Of a stretch of 64,000 bases of DNA, positions 52,694 to 64,000 are shown piece by piece (positions within the stretch are counted from its first letter, which is position 1; each line of letters begins with the position of its first letter). The translations under genes were made by a program, and so were the position numbers. The notes under the pieces are model-generated. The model saw only the letters and a program-made list of their open reading frames with translations. It did not search any database and was not told the origin of the DNA. Source of the DNA: Eledone cirrhosa (Eukaryota); NCBI GenBank assembly GCA_964016885.1, contig OZ024747.1, forward strand, positions 80,476,001 to 80,540,000, read 5' to 3'.

Positions 52694-53311
52694 CGTCAAT
52701 GAATGAGTAATTAGTCTGGTCCTCTTAGAGTGACATACTCAATCAAGGAATGCTTTATAGAACTGGCTACGTTACTATGATTTGATGAGTATTAATCTAA
52801 AATGTGGAGATCTGGTTACCGTATACTCTTTAAGATTATCATTTTTTGATTCATAGATTCGGCTACCTTAAACGGGTTTTTACCATCAAACTAAGATTCA
52901 AAATTAGGCGGCCACATCATACAATAGATCCGGCTACATTAAACAGGTTTTCACCATCAAACTATAGTTTATCGACAAGCGACCTTATGCTATCATGAAC
53001 TATCAATCTATGATTCATGGACGAGCTACACTATAATGTCCTAGATTATCATGATTCATAGATAGAATAACTAATACTGTATTTGACTATTAATCAATGA
53101 TTCATAGTTAAATTATACTGTCTTTCACGATCAATATTTGAATGATCGATAAAAGTCACTTCATAGCGAAGATAATGTAGTTTATCTTAATTTTACAGCC
53201 TGTAGTAACATTCTGGCATTTTTTGTGAACAATATTAAAATATTATTAACAACACAGACTTATACATCCGTACATCCATACATACACTCACACTTACAAA
53301 CACACACACAC

Positions 53312-53346
<35 letters not shown>

Positions 53347-53424
53347 AGTAAATATATATACATACATACACACACACACATATATATGCATATATTTTGT
53401 GTTTATATTTATATATATATATAT

Positions 53425-53506
<82 letters not shown>

Positions 53507-53833
53507 TCAGCTATATGTTAGTTTTAAAAAAAACTCACCTTTCTACACGAACAGCAGTAACCATTCCGATATGGGATATTAGAACATATATATTATATCT
53601 GAGAAATACATTTACGAAATTAGTTTCAAGCCTATGAAACTGGATCAGCTTATACAGATTTTGATCTTACATTTTACATTTCAAAATTATTAAAATATAA
53701 ACATATATGTTTGCACGCACACCTACGGTCCTACCCCTACAGAAAACACAGAGATATTTGTATATATAATATTGCATATGTATATAAAAGGATATAAACA
53801 CTCACACGCACATTATATATATATACATGTATG

Positions 53834-53903
<70 letters not shown>

Positions 53904-53914
53904 AAGAAAGAGAG

Positions 53915-54100
53915 TATAGAAATGGCTTCTACAGGACTAGAACTGTTTCATTCGGGAGAAATCATCAGGGGCTTGCTGATGATTTCTCCCGAATGAAACA
54001 GTTCTAGTCCTGTAGAAGCCATTTCTATATTAAATATTTATACTCTGCTTTGTATTGAGTACTTTACTTACTGTGGTTACCCCCGATTGGACCCGGGATA
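53915..54100 (+). mobile_element. Family D inverted-arm element, hammerhead-like core on both strands
   Basis: ..TTTCATTCGGGAGAAATCATCAG gggcttg CTGATGATTTCTCCCGAATGAAA..; tail to 54100. Confidence 0.85.
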
Positions 54101-54125
54101 AATATATATATATATATATATATAT

Positions 54126-54395
54126 AGACAGGGGGGAAGAAAAAATGGCTTCACTTGTGCTTTCAACAAATTTATTTTCTTCACAAAATCCAAAAAGAAT
54201 TTTTCTTAAAAAAAATTATTTTATAAATTAAGTTGTTGGTTGTAACCAACAACTTAATTTATAAAATAATTTTTTTTAAGAAAAATTCTTTTTGGATTTT
54301 GTGAAGAAAATAAATTTGTTGAAAGCACAAGTGAAGCCATTTTTTCTTCCCCCCTGTCTTAATATACCTAACTGTACCAAGGATTACACACATTT

Positions 54396-54400
<5 letters not shown>
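54126..54400 (+). mobile_element. Near-perfect 234-bp palindrome plus tail in (TA)n
   Basis: Arms 54126-54241 and 54244-54359, 2-nt spacer, tail to about 54400. Confidence 0.85.
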
Positions 54401-54435
<35 letters not shown>

Positions 54436-54439
<4 letters not shown>

Positions 54440-54577
54440 TGGAAAATGAAGAATCAGTGATGCATCGGAACACAATCTAGAGTGCTCAACTGGCATACCG
54501 CCTATGGACGCATCCAAGCAACCTTACTATAATTATATAGATTGTGTTCCGATACATCACTGATTCCTCGTTTTCCA

Positions 54578-54582
<5 letters not shown>
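54436..54582. mobile_element. Family G inverted-arm element
   Basis: Arms about 54436-54479 / 54538-54582; shares CAGTGATGCATC and GAGTGCT..ATACCGCCTATGGA with 62247-62556. Confidence 0.75.
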
Positions 54583-54632
<50 letters not shown>

Positions 54633-56676
54633 AATGCATGTAATTAATTTATATATATAATTTATACACAGAACAGTATATACTGGAAAATCTGAGACAT
54701 ATTTAATATAGTTATAAATAAACATTATAACATCACAGTTAGAATTTAAACAAACGTAAAAAGATATTGTTATTCCATTTGTTGATATCAAAACATAAGA
54801 GATTATTATATTTATTGTTCTATCATCAAAAGACAAATACACATATTTTTCAGTCAATGAAGAGATCAATAGTAAAACTGTTTCTATCGATTACAACCTG
54901 GTATGTAAATGAAATGACCATGGATTTGGCGATTGCTTGTGTCGTGGACAAAAGAATAAATGCACTAGTTTCTTGCTAAACGAACTATTAGCTGTGAAAC
55001 ATGTAAAGACAATACCTTATGTTTTATAAAAATAAAGTTATTTTTATAAGTCTGTACATCTTCATAAATCATATACAGCAGCCTATGCGTCGTGTGTTTG
55101 TTTCTCTGTGCTATAGAGAACATAACTTTGTATCTAAAATCACAGGGAGTGGAGGCAAAAGAGGAGACAATCATGTAAAAACGAAAGGTGTCAATTACGA
55201 AGGAGAATAAAAATATAAAGGGAAACTGCTAAGTAGAGAAAGCTAAAAAGCAAAATATTTTCAAATATCCTTTAAACTGAATACAATTTAAAGTCACTTC
55301 CCGTTATCTATATGTTGAAGAGTAGATAATATCATTTGCATTGCTCTATCTTTCGTTTTGTGCAAAAAAAAAGAATTATTTGATTTCCTTATTTTAACTT
55401 AGTTAATATAATTTAGCTTATATATCATATATAACCAGAGACAGATTATGACTCAAAGGTATTATTTGCTCTCTAGTATAAAGCAGTTGCACGTTAAATA
55501 AATAAATAGATTTCTAAAACGTTGGTGAAAGTATTCTTGATGGGATTTGTGAGTATATTTTTAAGAGTATTACTTTATTGAAGAATATTGAATATGTAAT
55601 ATGCTTTATTGAAAATTTAATACTAGAAACGATTGAACATTTTTGTGGAAAGATTTAATGAATAGAAAGTGTCTGCAGAAAACGTTGACAAAAAATTAAA
55701 AGTTTATCTATAAATATTATTTTCGTCAACACAATGCAGAGATCTCACATCCTGAGCAGAATGTACTTTTTGTGACAACGAAACATTGTTAATCTCCGTA
55801 TGGATTCTTTCACCGCGTGTCTTTCTGTTTTGAATCTTAGTAATCACTGCCTAAAAGAGACTCCATCATGTTAAATAAAATCTCAACGGCTATACGTAGC
55901 AGGAGGGGAAAATATAGAATTAGTATCACTATCTATTATTTTCTTTATTTGTTTCCTTTTCGTTTTGTATATATATAATAAAAAAAGCATTTAGGAAACG
56001 TCAAAGAATAATGTAAGGAAAAGAATACTAATAAACAACTAAAGTACTAAAGATAAGTTACATATATTTTTGCACAATAACAAAAGGACGGAGAAGGACA
56101 TGGGAGGAAATACAATAGCACGAGATTGTCTTATTGAACAACGTGTATTGTAAGCACAAATGACAATATGTATCGTTTCCTGGATTGAATATAAATGACT
56201 TATGTAATTGGTAAAGTCAGTTTTAAACACGAAAGCATTTACTTCACGAATCGAATATTGTTTCTTAGTAGTTTAACACTATCACGCTGGCTAAAGCATG
56301 CACCTGCAACATGAAGTTATTGCCACACACCAGTTTATATAAGGCAAAAGAAAAATGTATATAATTCAGAAAAAACATTAATTGAAAACAAAATGATCTT
56401 ATATTATAAAAAATGCCACAAAAACATGCTACACACTCGATTCTACAATAATATAGTTTATCTATTAAAAGGAAAACATAAATTGAATTTAGCACAGCCA
56501 GGTGATATTGATAAACCTTCACACCTAGACATTTATGAATATAAATGTATGTATGTGTGTATGTATATATGTATGTATGTACGTATGTATGTATGCATGT
56601 ATGCATGTATGTATATGCATGTATGCATGTATGCATGTATGTATGTATGTATGTATGTATGTATGTATGTATGTAT

Positions 56677-57065
56677 GTTCTTCTGGTTTAATAATTTCAC
56701 ACATTTTTGCCAATAGAAAGTCGGTCGGTTTCTAACATAGATACAAGACTCTCTCATTGGAATTTACACATCAACTAGTGAAATATGTATGTATGTGTGT
56801 GTGTAGGTATAGATGTTATTGTATGTGTGGATGTGTATGTTTTGAGTTGTGTGTGCATGTGCATACGTGTTGTATCTGTACAAGTGTATATGCAGTTATT
56901 AGATGCAGAATTTTTGGAATGTTTTAGATATTTTTACTGTTCTATAAATAGATTGAACTTGTCATTTACTAACTAGTCGAGTTCTTTTTATTTCTGTGAA
57001 GCCCAGCTTCTCAAGATTTATATTGAGGCCGTTACTAATATATCCCAGTACGCTAATAATCACTC
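56677..57065 (-). mobile_element. Short 3' copy of the R4/Dong-like LINE, again ending in (TATG)n
   Basis: Collinear with 46777-47170. Confidence 0.88.
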
Positions 57066-57735
57066 CTCCTCTGTTTGTTTAATATATGGAACTCTCTTCA
57101 AATTCCTCTCTCTATATCAATAAACAATAATCTCTACTCCTCTCTGTATCTAATATGCAACACACTCCCCTAACCTTCCTCTCTATATCAATTACCACCA
57201 AACTCCCCCTCCCCCCGGTTCTCCCCAGTTCCACCGCCCTTTTGTTCTTATTTTTTAATAAAGATTATTTAACTAAATCTATTATGTTCATACCATCTGG
57301 TGATGTCACCAATTATGTTGTGTCATGGCCAAATAACGTAAATTGGTCACAGGAATACGTATTATGCAACAATGAAATAAGTTATTAGAATTCGGGTTTT
57401 ATATGTTTTTCAAATGTAAATAGGTAAATGATTCGAAAGAAAACGAACAATCGATGTGTTCTTCCATAGCTGAAGAGTTCAATAAGTTGAAATGTCCTAA
57501 TTCTCGAACGCAGGGATATTGCCGGGACATTGCAGGGACAAAGCCAGGTAAAATACCTTTATAGCCGGCATAAAATGACCACAGTGACTACACCTCTCAA
57601 ATTCTGATTTACGCTCTAAACCATTGAGCTAAAAGAACCCTGACTACAGTTGTCGCCTTTTATACCTTTAAATATTACCTTTTCAATGTCACATTAATGT
57701 ATATATAAACATCTGCATATATATATATATATATA

Positions 57736-57890
57736 TTCTGGACTAAATTCTAGTCCAGAATTAGCCGTCGAAACGGCTTGAGCTCAGCCGTCGGGGTCCT
57801 ACTCGTTCCTATTACCCACTCTACTACCCTAAGTATTGAGTACTTTGGTGCGTTATGGTCCATCTGGTTCCTTACCACATTTCCTTCATT
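57736..57890 (+). mobile_element. Family B copy starting in hammerhead stem II
   Basis: TTCTGGACTA aattc TAGTCCAGAA hairpin, then TTAGCCGTC-GAAA-CGGC and the family B tail. Confidence 0.8.
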
Positions 57891-57904
57891 ATATCTATAT
57901 ATAT

Positions 57905-58466
57905 AAATACGTATTTAAGAAAGCCACAACAATGCAAAGGGAAATCTCGAGGTAGGAAGTGAAATATAGATAGGAAAAACAGGTGAAAGTGAAAGTTGAG
58001 AGAGACAAAGATGAAAACAAAACAAAGGTAGAAGGGTTACCGTAGTAGAGATTTAATCCCAATATTTCGGGCTCACGCCCATCAACGGGGGAAAAGTTCC
58101 AAAAGGGGGGAAAACAGGCCAAGCGGAGAAAGTGGAACCCTAACCCTAACCCTAACCCTAACCCTAACGGCATTCCTGTCTTAACGACATCACCACTTTC
58201 TCCGCTTGGCCTGTTTTCCCCCCCTTTTGGAACTTTTCCCCCGTTGATGGGCGTGAGCCCGAAATATTGGGATTAAATCTCTACTACGGTAACCCTTCTA
58301 CCTTTGTTTTGTTTTCATCTTTGTCTCTCTCAACTTTCACTTTCACCTGTTTTTCCTATCTATATTTCACTTCCTACCTCGAGATTTCCCTTTGCATTGT
58401 TGTGGCTTTCTTAAATACGTATTTTTACACATTTCACAATGCTTCAAGCAAACTTTAACACCCTCT

Positions 58467-58468
<2 letters not shown>
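57905..58468 (+). mobile_element. Inverted-arm pLTR-like element (arms about 231 bp) with telomeric repeats at the junction
   Basis: Arms 57905-58135 / 58193-58424; degenerate hammerhead scaffold TCCC-CCGTTGA-t-GGGC gtga GCCC-GAAA-ta-TT-GGGA; tail to 58468. Confidence 0.85.
58136..58168. repeat. Interstitial telomeric repeat (CCCTAA)5
   Basis: AACCCTAACCCTAACCCTAACCCTAACCCTAAC. Confidence 0.95.
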
Positions 58469-58494
<26 letters not shown>

Positions 58495-58497
<3 letters not shown>

Positions 58498-59040
58498 TAG
58501 AAAATGAGTTTTTTTTAGAAAATGAAAAAACGAGAAGTCCTACACGAGTGAAAGTATAAGGAAAATAGATGAAGCCGAATATGCAACTGGAGTCTTTTTA
58601 AAAAATATTTATTTGGTTCCTTTACCGGTTTCGCAGTTCTTGTGCTTTCAAAAGTAGAATTGAGATAGAGCGTTTGTGGTTATTCTCACATCTGGTTGGT
58701 GGTCGATTATTACTTCTGTTTTATATGGAAAAAAGTGGCTCGAAATGCTAGATTTTTAGAAAAGTAATTTGGTTGGTTGATGACTGTCATGTGAATAAGT
58801 TTAATACATTTCGCACCAGTTGGTGTTACAAAGTTCTTATTATATTTGCCTCTAAAAAAAGGGGGGGGGGCTTACATTGTTTTTTCATATATGAGTTAAA
58901 CCAGATGCGAGAAAAACAACAAACCCTCCATCTCAATTCTACTTTTGAAAACCACAAGAACTGCGAAACCGGTAAAGGAACCAAATAAATATTTAAAAAA
59001 AGACTTCAGCTGCATTTTCCATTTCATCTTTTTTCCTTAT
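58495..59040. mobile_element. Family F inverted-arm element
   Basis: Imperfect arms about 58556-58670 / 58925-59040, tail 58495-58555. Confidence 0.8.
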
Positions 59041-59146
59041 ATATATATATATATATATATATGCATGCATTTGTATATGAATAAATATACGCAATTCATT
59101 ATCTGTATGTATACTTGTATATATTTAATGTATATTATATATATAT

Positions 59147-59219
<73 letters not shown>

Positions 59220-59254
59220 GTGTGTGTGTGTGTTTGTATACATGTATATATGTA

Positions 59255-59306
<52 letters not shown>

Positions 59307-59332
59307 ATAAATATATACATATATATAGATAA

Positions 59333-59395
<63 letters not shown>

Positions 59396-59859
59396 TATAT
59401 ATAATATACTAATAAACATTAAATATATACAAGTATACTTACATACAGATAATGAAATAGGTATATTTATTCTTATACAAATGGATGCATGGAGAAATAT
59501 ATACATATACATATATAAAATAAAACCAATTTCCTACATAAATGTGTATATATGCATACATTTATATTCGCACACATCATATATATTGTATTCTACATAT
59601 ATGGAAATATAAAGATTGAAGACCATTATGGCGGGCGTCATTTCCTCAACAGCAACTCATATTTTCAGAAATGATGGCCGTGCAAGGAGTAGAAATCGAT
59701 ATTCGAAACATATTACAGATGAGAATCATATATAACAAAATATACTTTTAGTTGTCTGTCATGTTTGGTCTACCTTTTTGTCCACTTGTATCCATATACA
59801 CATAGAAAGATCTCCTTGCCTCTATACATACATATATGCACGCTTACACTAACACTCAC

Positions 59860-61140
<1,281 letters not shown>

Positions 61141-61275
61141 CATAAGCGCAGGACAAACTAAAAATAACAGTGTCTTCAAAGTCTCTTTGAGCTTCTCTAT
61201 ACCCAACTTAATATTGTGCAACTAAAATAATTGAATAAATAAACAATCAAACAAATAAACAAACAAACAAACAAA

Positions 61276-61310
<35 letters not shown>

Positions 61311-61593
61311 ACATATACATAAATAAATAATAGTTAAATGAATGAAATAGAAATAGAATGAAAAAAGAAAAGCAAGATCGATATTGCATGCATATTTTCT
61401 ACTGTACTCCTCTACGCATTCAGATCGATACTGTATTGTCACAAAATGATTGAGTAGGTTATATAATAAGTAAATGAATAAATAAATGTATAGAAATAGG
61501 AATATTTGAAAATAATATATAATATAAAATTATAAATATAATACACCCGATTTTGTTTCACTTTCTTTCCAGTACACCAATTAAGATTGCTTG

Positions 61594-61657
<64 letters not shown>

Positions 61658-62117
61658 ATGTTGAAAAGGTAACACACCAGAGAGAGATATACAGTGCGTT
61701 ATCAATAAATCAGGGAAAAAAACCACCAGTGTATGGAATCTATAACCTATGAAAGGCAGACTATAGACACGATAATTAAAAATATAAATTAAAACGTAAA
61801 TAAATACCTCTATAACTATATAACACACGTACAAATCCAAAGACACTCATCTAAAGATATGTTTCACCAATAATTTGTTGAAAGAAATGGGTTAGCCTCG
61901 GTTCATCAGCGTGTGTAAGGCTATACATTTCAGACAACACTAAGAGAATTTTAAAATTGACTGTCCACCTACACGTGGGAGAGAGGAGTCACAGCGTGTT
62001 TAAGGGCAGTGAACCAGTGGCCTCTGAGGGACGAACTGCTAGAAAGGGCAGTCCAAAGCCACTCAGAGAAGTGTGCTCAACCAAACAGAGTTAGGAAAGA
62101 CTGTTATTAGGAGCGAA

Positions 62118-62183
62118 ATATCACGATAAATTAACGGAGGCATAGGCCCTCGCTAGCGAGGGCCTATGCCTCCGTTAATTTAT

Positions 62184-62191
<8 letters not shown>
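62118..62191. repeat. Perfect 74-bp palindrome abutting (TA)n
   Basis: ATATCACGATAAATTAACGGAGGCATAGGCCCTCGCT|AGCGAGGGCCTATGCCTCCGTTAATTTATCGTGATAT. Confidence 0.92.
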
Positions 62192-62246
<55 letters not shown>

Positions 62247-62251
<5 letters not shown>

Positions 62252-62556
62252 TAAAAAAACAAAAAATCAGTGATACATCTGGACTCAACTTATTGCGTGT
62301 TACAATTGTTTCGCCGGCAGGTAGCTCGAGACACGAACTACCCGTGGTGTCTGAAGGACCTGCAGCCGTAGAATCAGCCAGATCCATACAGGGACCATGT
62401 CTCAAGCCTCCTGCTGGCGAAACAATTGTAAAACGCAATAAATTGAGGCCAGATGCATCACTGATTTTCGTTTTTTATACTATCCACACTCTACTCTGTT
62501 GAATATTGAGTGCTAATTTTGGTATACCGCCTATGGAAGCACCATAGCTACCATTA
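62247..62556 (+). mobile_element. Family G inverted-arm element with hammerhead 3' half and tail
   Basis: Arms about 62247-62333 / 62397-62482 containing GAAA-CAATTG-TA; tail with ACTC..GAGTGCT. Confidence 0.8.
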
Positions 62557-62581
62557 TACACAAGTATATATATATATATAT

Positions 62582-62762
62582 AACGAAGGAAATGTGGTAA
62601 GGAACCAGGTGGACCATAACGCACCAAAGTACTCAATACTTAGGGTAGTAGAGTGGGTAATAGGAACCAGTAAGACCCCGACGGCTGAGCTCAAGCCATT
62701 TCGACGGCTAATTAGCCGTCGAAACGGCTTGAGCTCAGCCGTCGGGGTCTTACTGGTTCCTA
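62582..62762. mobile_element. Family B inverted-arm element
   Basis: Near-perfect palindrome centred at GGCTAATTAGCC; tail to 62582; tatacacaagtata present on both sides. Confidence 0.85.
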
Positions 62763-62806
62763 TATATATATATATGTATATTATACACAAGTATATATAT
62801 ACACAA

Positions 62807-62872
<66 letters not shown>

Positions 62873-63233
62873 TTATACATTTATATACATATATATATAT
62901 AATATCTCTCTCTCTCTATATATATATATATATGCATGTATGTCTGTCTGTATGTATGTATACATACATATATACATGTATCTGTGAATGTATGTATATA
63001 TGTGTGTATGTATACAGAGAGAGAGAGAGAATGAGAGACCGGTTATCTCAGCTATATTTATAAATATACGCATATTACATGGCTCTTTTGTTATACGTGT
63101 ATGTCGAAAAAAATGAAAAAAATATTCTATGTGAGGTTTAAAGTTAAAAGTGATCTGAGCTTTCTTCTCTAGACACAGACCTACAAATTTTGATGGCGAA
63201 CGCCATTCATTTCTCAAACTTTCATTATTATTG

Positions 63234-63670
63234 CCTGATAAAATAAACTACCAGTAATACACTGGGATAATTGCTGGCCTTGTGCCAAAAGTAGAAACAA
63301 TTATTATTACAAGCTTATATAATTTGGAAGAAAGGCGGTGAATTGGCAATATCAGTAGAGGGTTGGACATGTTTTCCAGCATAGCTACGTACCTTTACTA
63401 TCTGAGTTAAAATCCCGCCGAAGTTAACTTTGCCTTTCATCCATACGGGGTCGATAAAATAAATTACCAGTAATGTACTGGGTATTTACTGCTCTTGTGC
63501 CAAAAGTAGAAACAATTATTTGCAGCATATAATTACGGCCTTTTACGGTCCGAGTTCTAATCCCGCCGAGGTTAACTTTGCCTTTCATCCTTACGGATTC
63601 GATAAAATAAAGTACCAGTAATGTACTGAGATAATTGCTGGCCTTGTGCCAAACGTAGTAACAATTATTT
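63234..63670 (+). mobile_element. Cluster of three SINE copies (partial, full, partial)
   Basis: Repeated core and tail at about 63234-63307, 63334-63520 and 63521-63670. Confidence 0.85.
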
Positions 63671-64000
63671 AGAAGTGCAAATATATAACAAAAATCAAAC
63701 GGTCGTTGGTGTTGGTTTTGGAATAACGTCAGTCGAAACCACAATATATTCTGCTTGTCTATTGTCGCGTAATTGACATGTTTTTTTTTGAAACCTGAGA
63801 TAAACATTCGCTCACACAAAGATTATACTTACAAACCACACAAACAGATTACCAAAAATATACCTATAATATTAACGATAATGGTAATAATTGCTCATAT
63901 TTATTAACAAACAATAACGATAACAATTCTAATGATGACTTACAATCATAATTGAACTGAGAATTAGAAATTTCCAATAACATGAACACATATAATGAAC

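Overview
AT-rich, microsatellite-dense animal DNA. The SINE, LINE and microsatellite content resembles an octopod cephalopod (inference, not verified). Almost all six-frame ORFs are microsatellite artefacts. The only host-gene signal is one probable 138-bp exon (4097-4234) encoding part of a PLAT/LH2 domain, so the window is probably intronic to a large gene. The rest is a mobile-element landscape: tRNA-derived SINEs, hAT- and piggyBac-type MITEs, two tandem non-autonomous Helitrons, R4/Dong-like, CRE-like and RTE-like LINE relics, and two kinds of Penelope-like (GIY-YIG) relics. The most striking feature is a population of non-coding elements inserted in (TA)n tracts, many carrying hammerhead ribozymes. 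The best case is a near-identical 591-bp tandem array (3.4 units, 24600-26790). Each unit has a complete type I hammerhead on the minus strand with a compensatory U3-A8 core variant, and the array ends in an inverted arm, as expected of a retrozyme copied from a circular or multimeric RNA. About 19 shorter insertions, from roughly a dozen sequence-unrelated families, share an 'inverted arm / arm + tail' layout. Many carry hammerheads, and several have a common ACTC...GAGT hairpin in the tail. One has telomeric (CCCTAA)5 at its inversion junction. All calls are from visual reading; no searches or folding programs were run.
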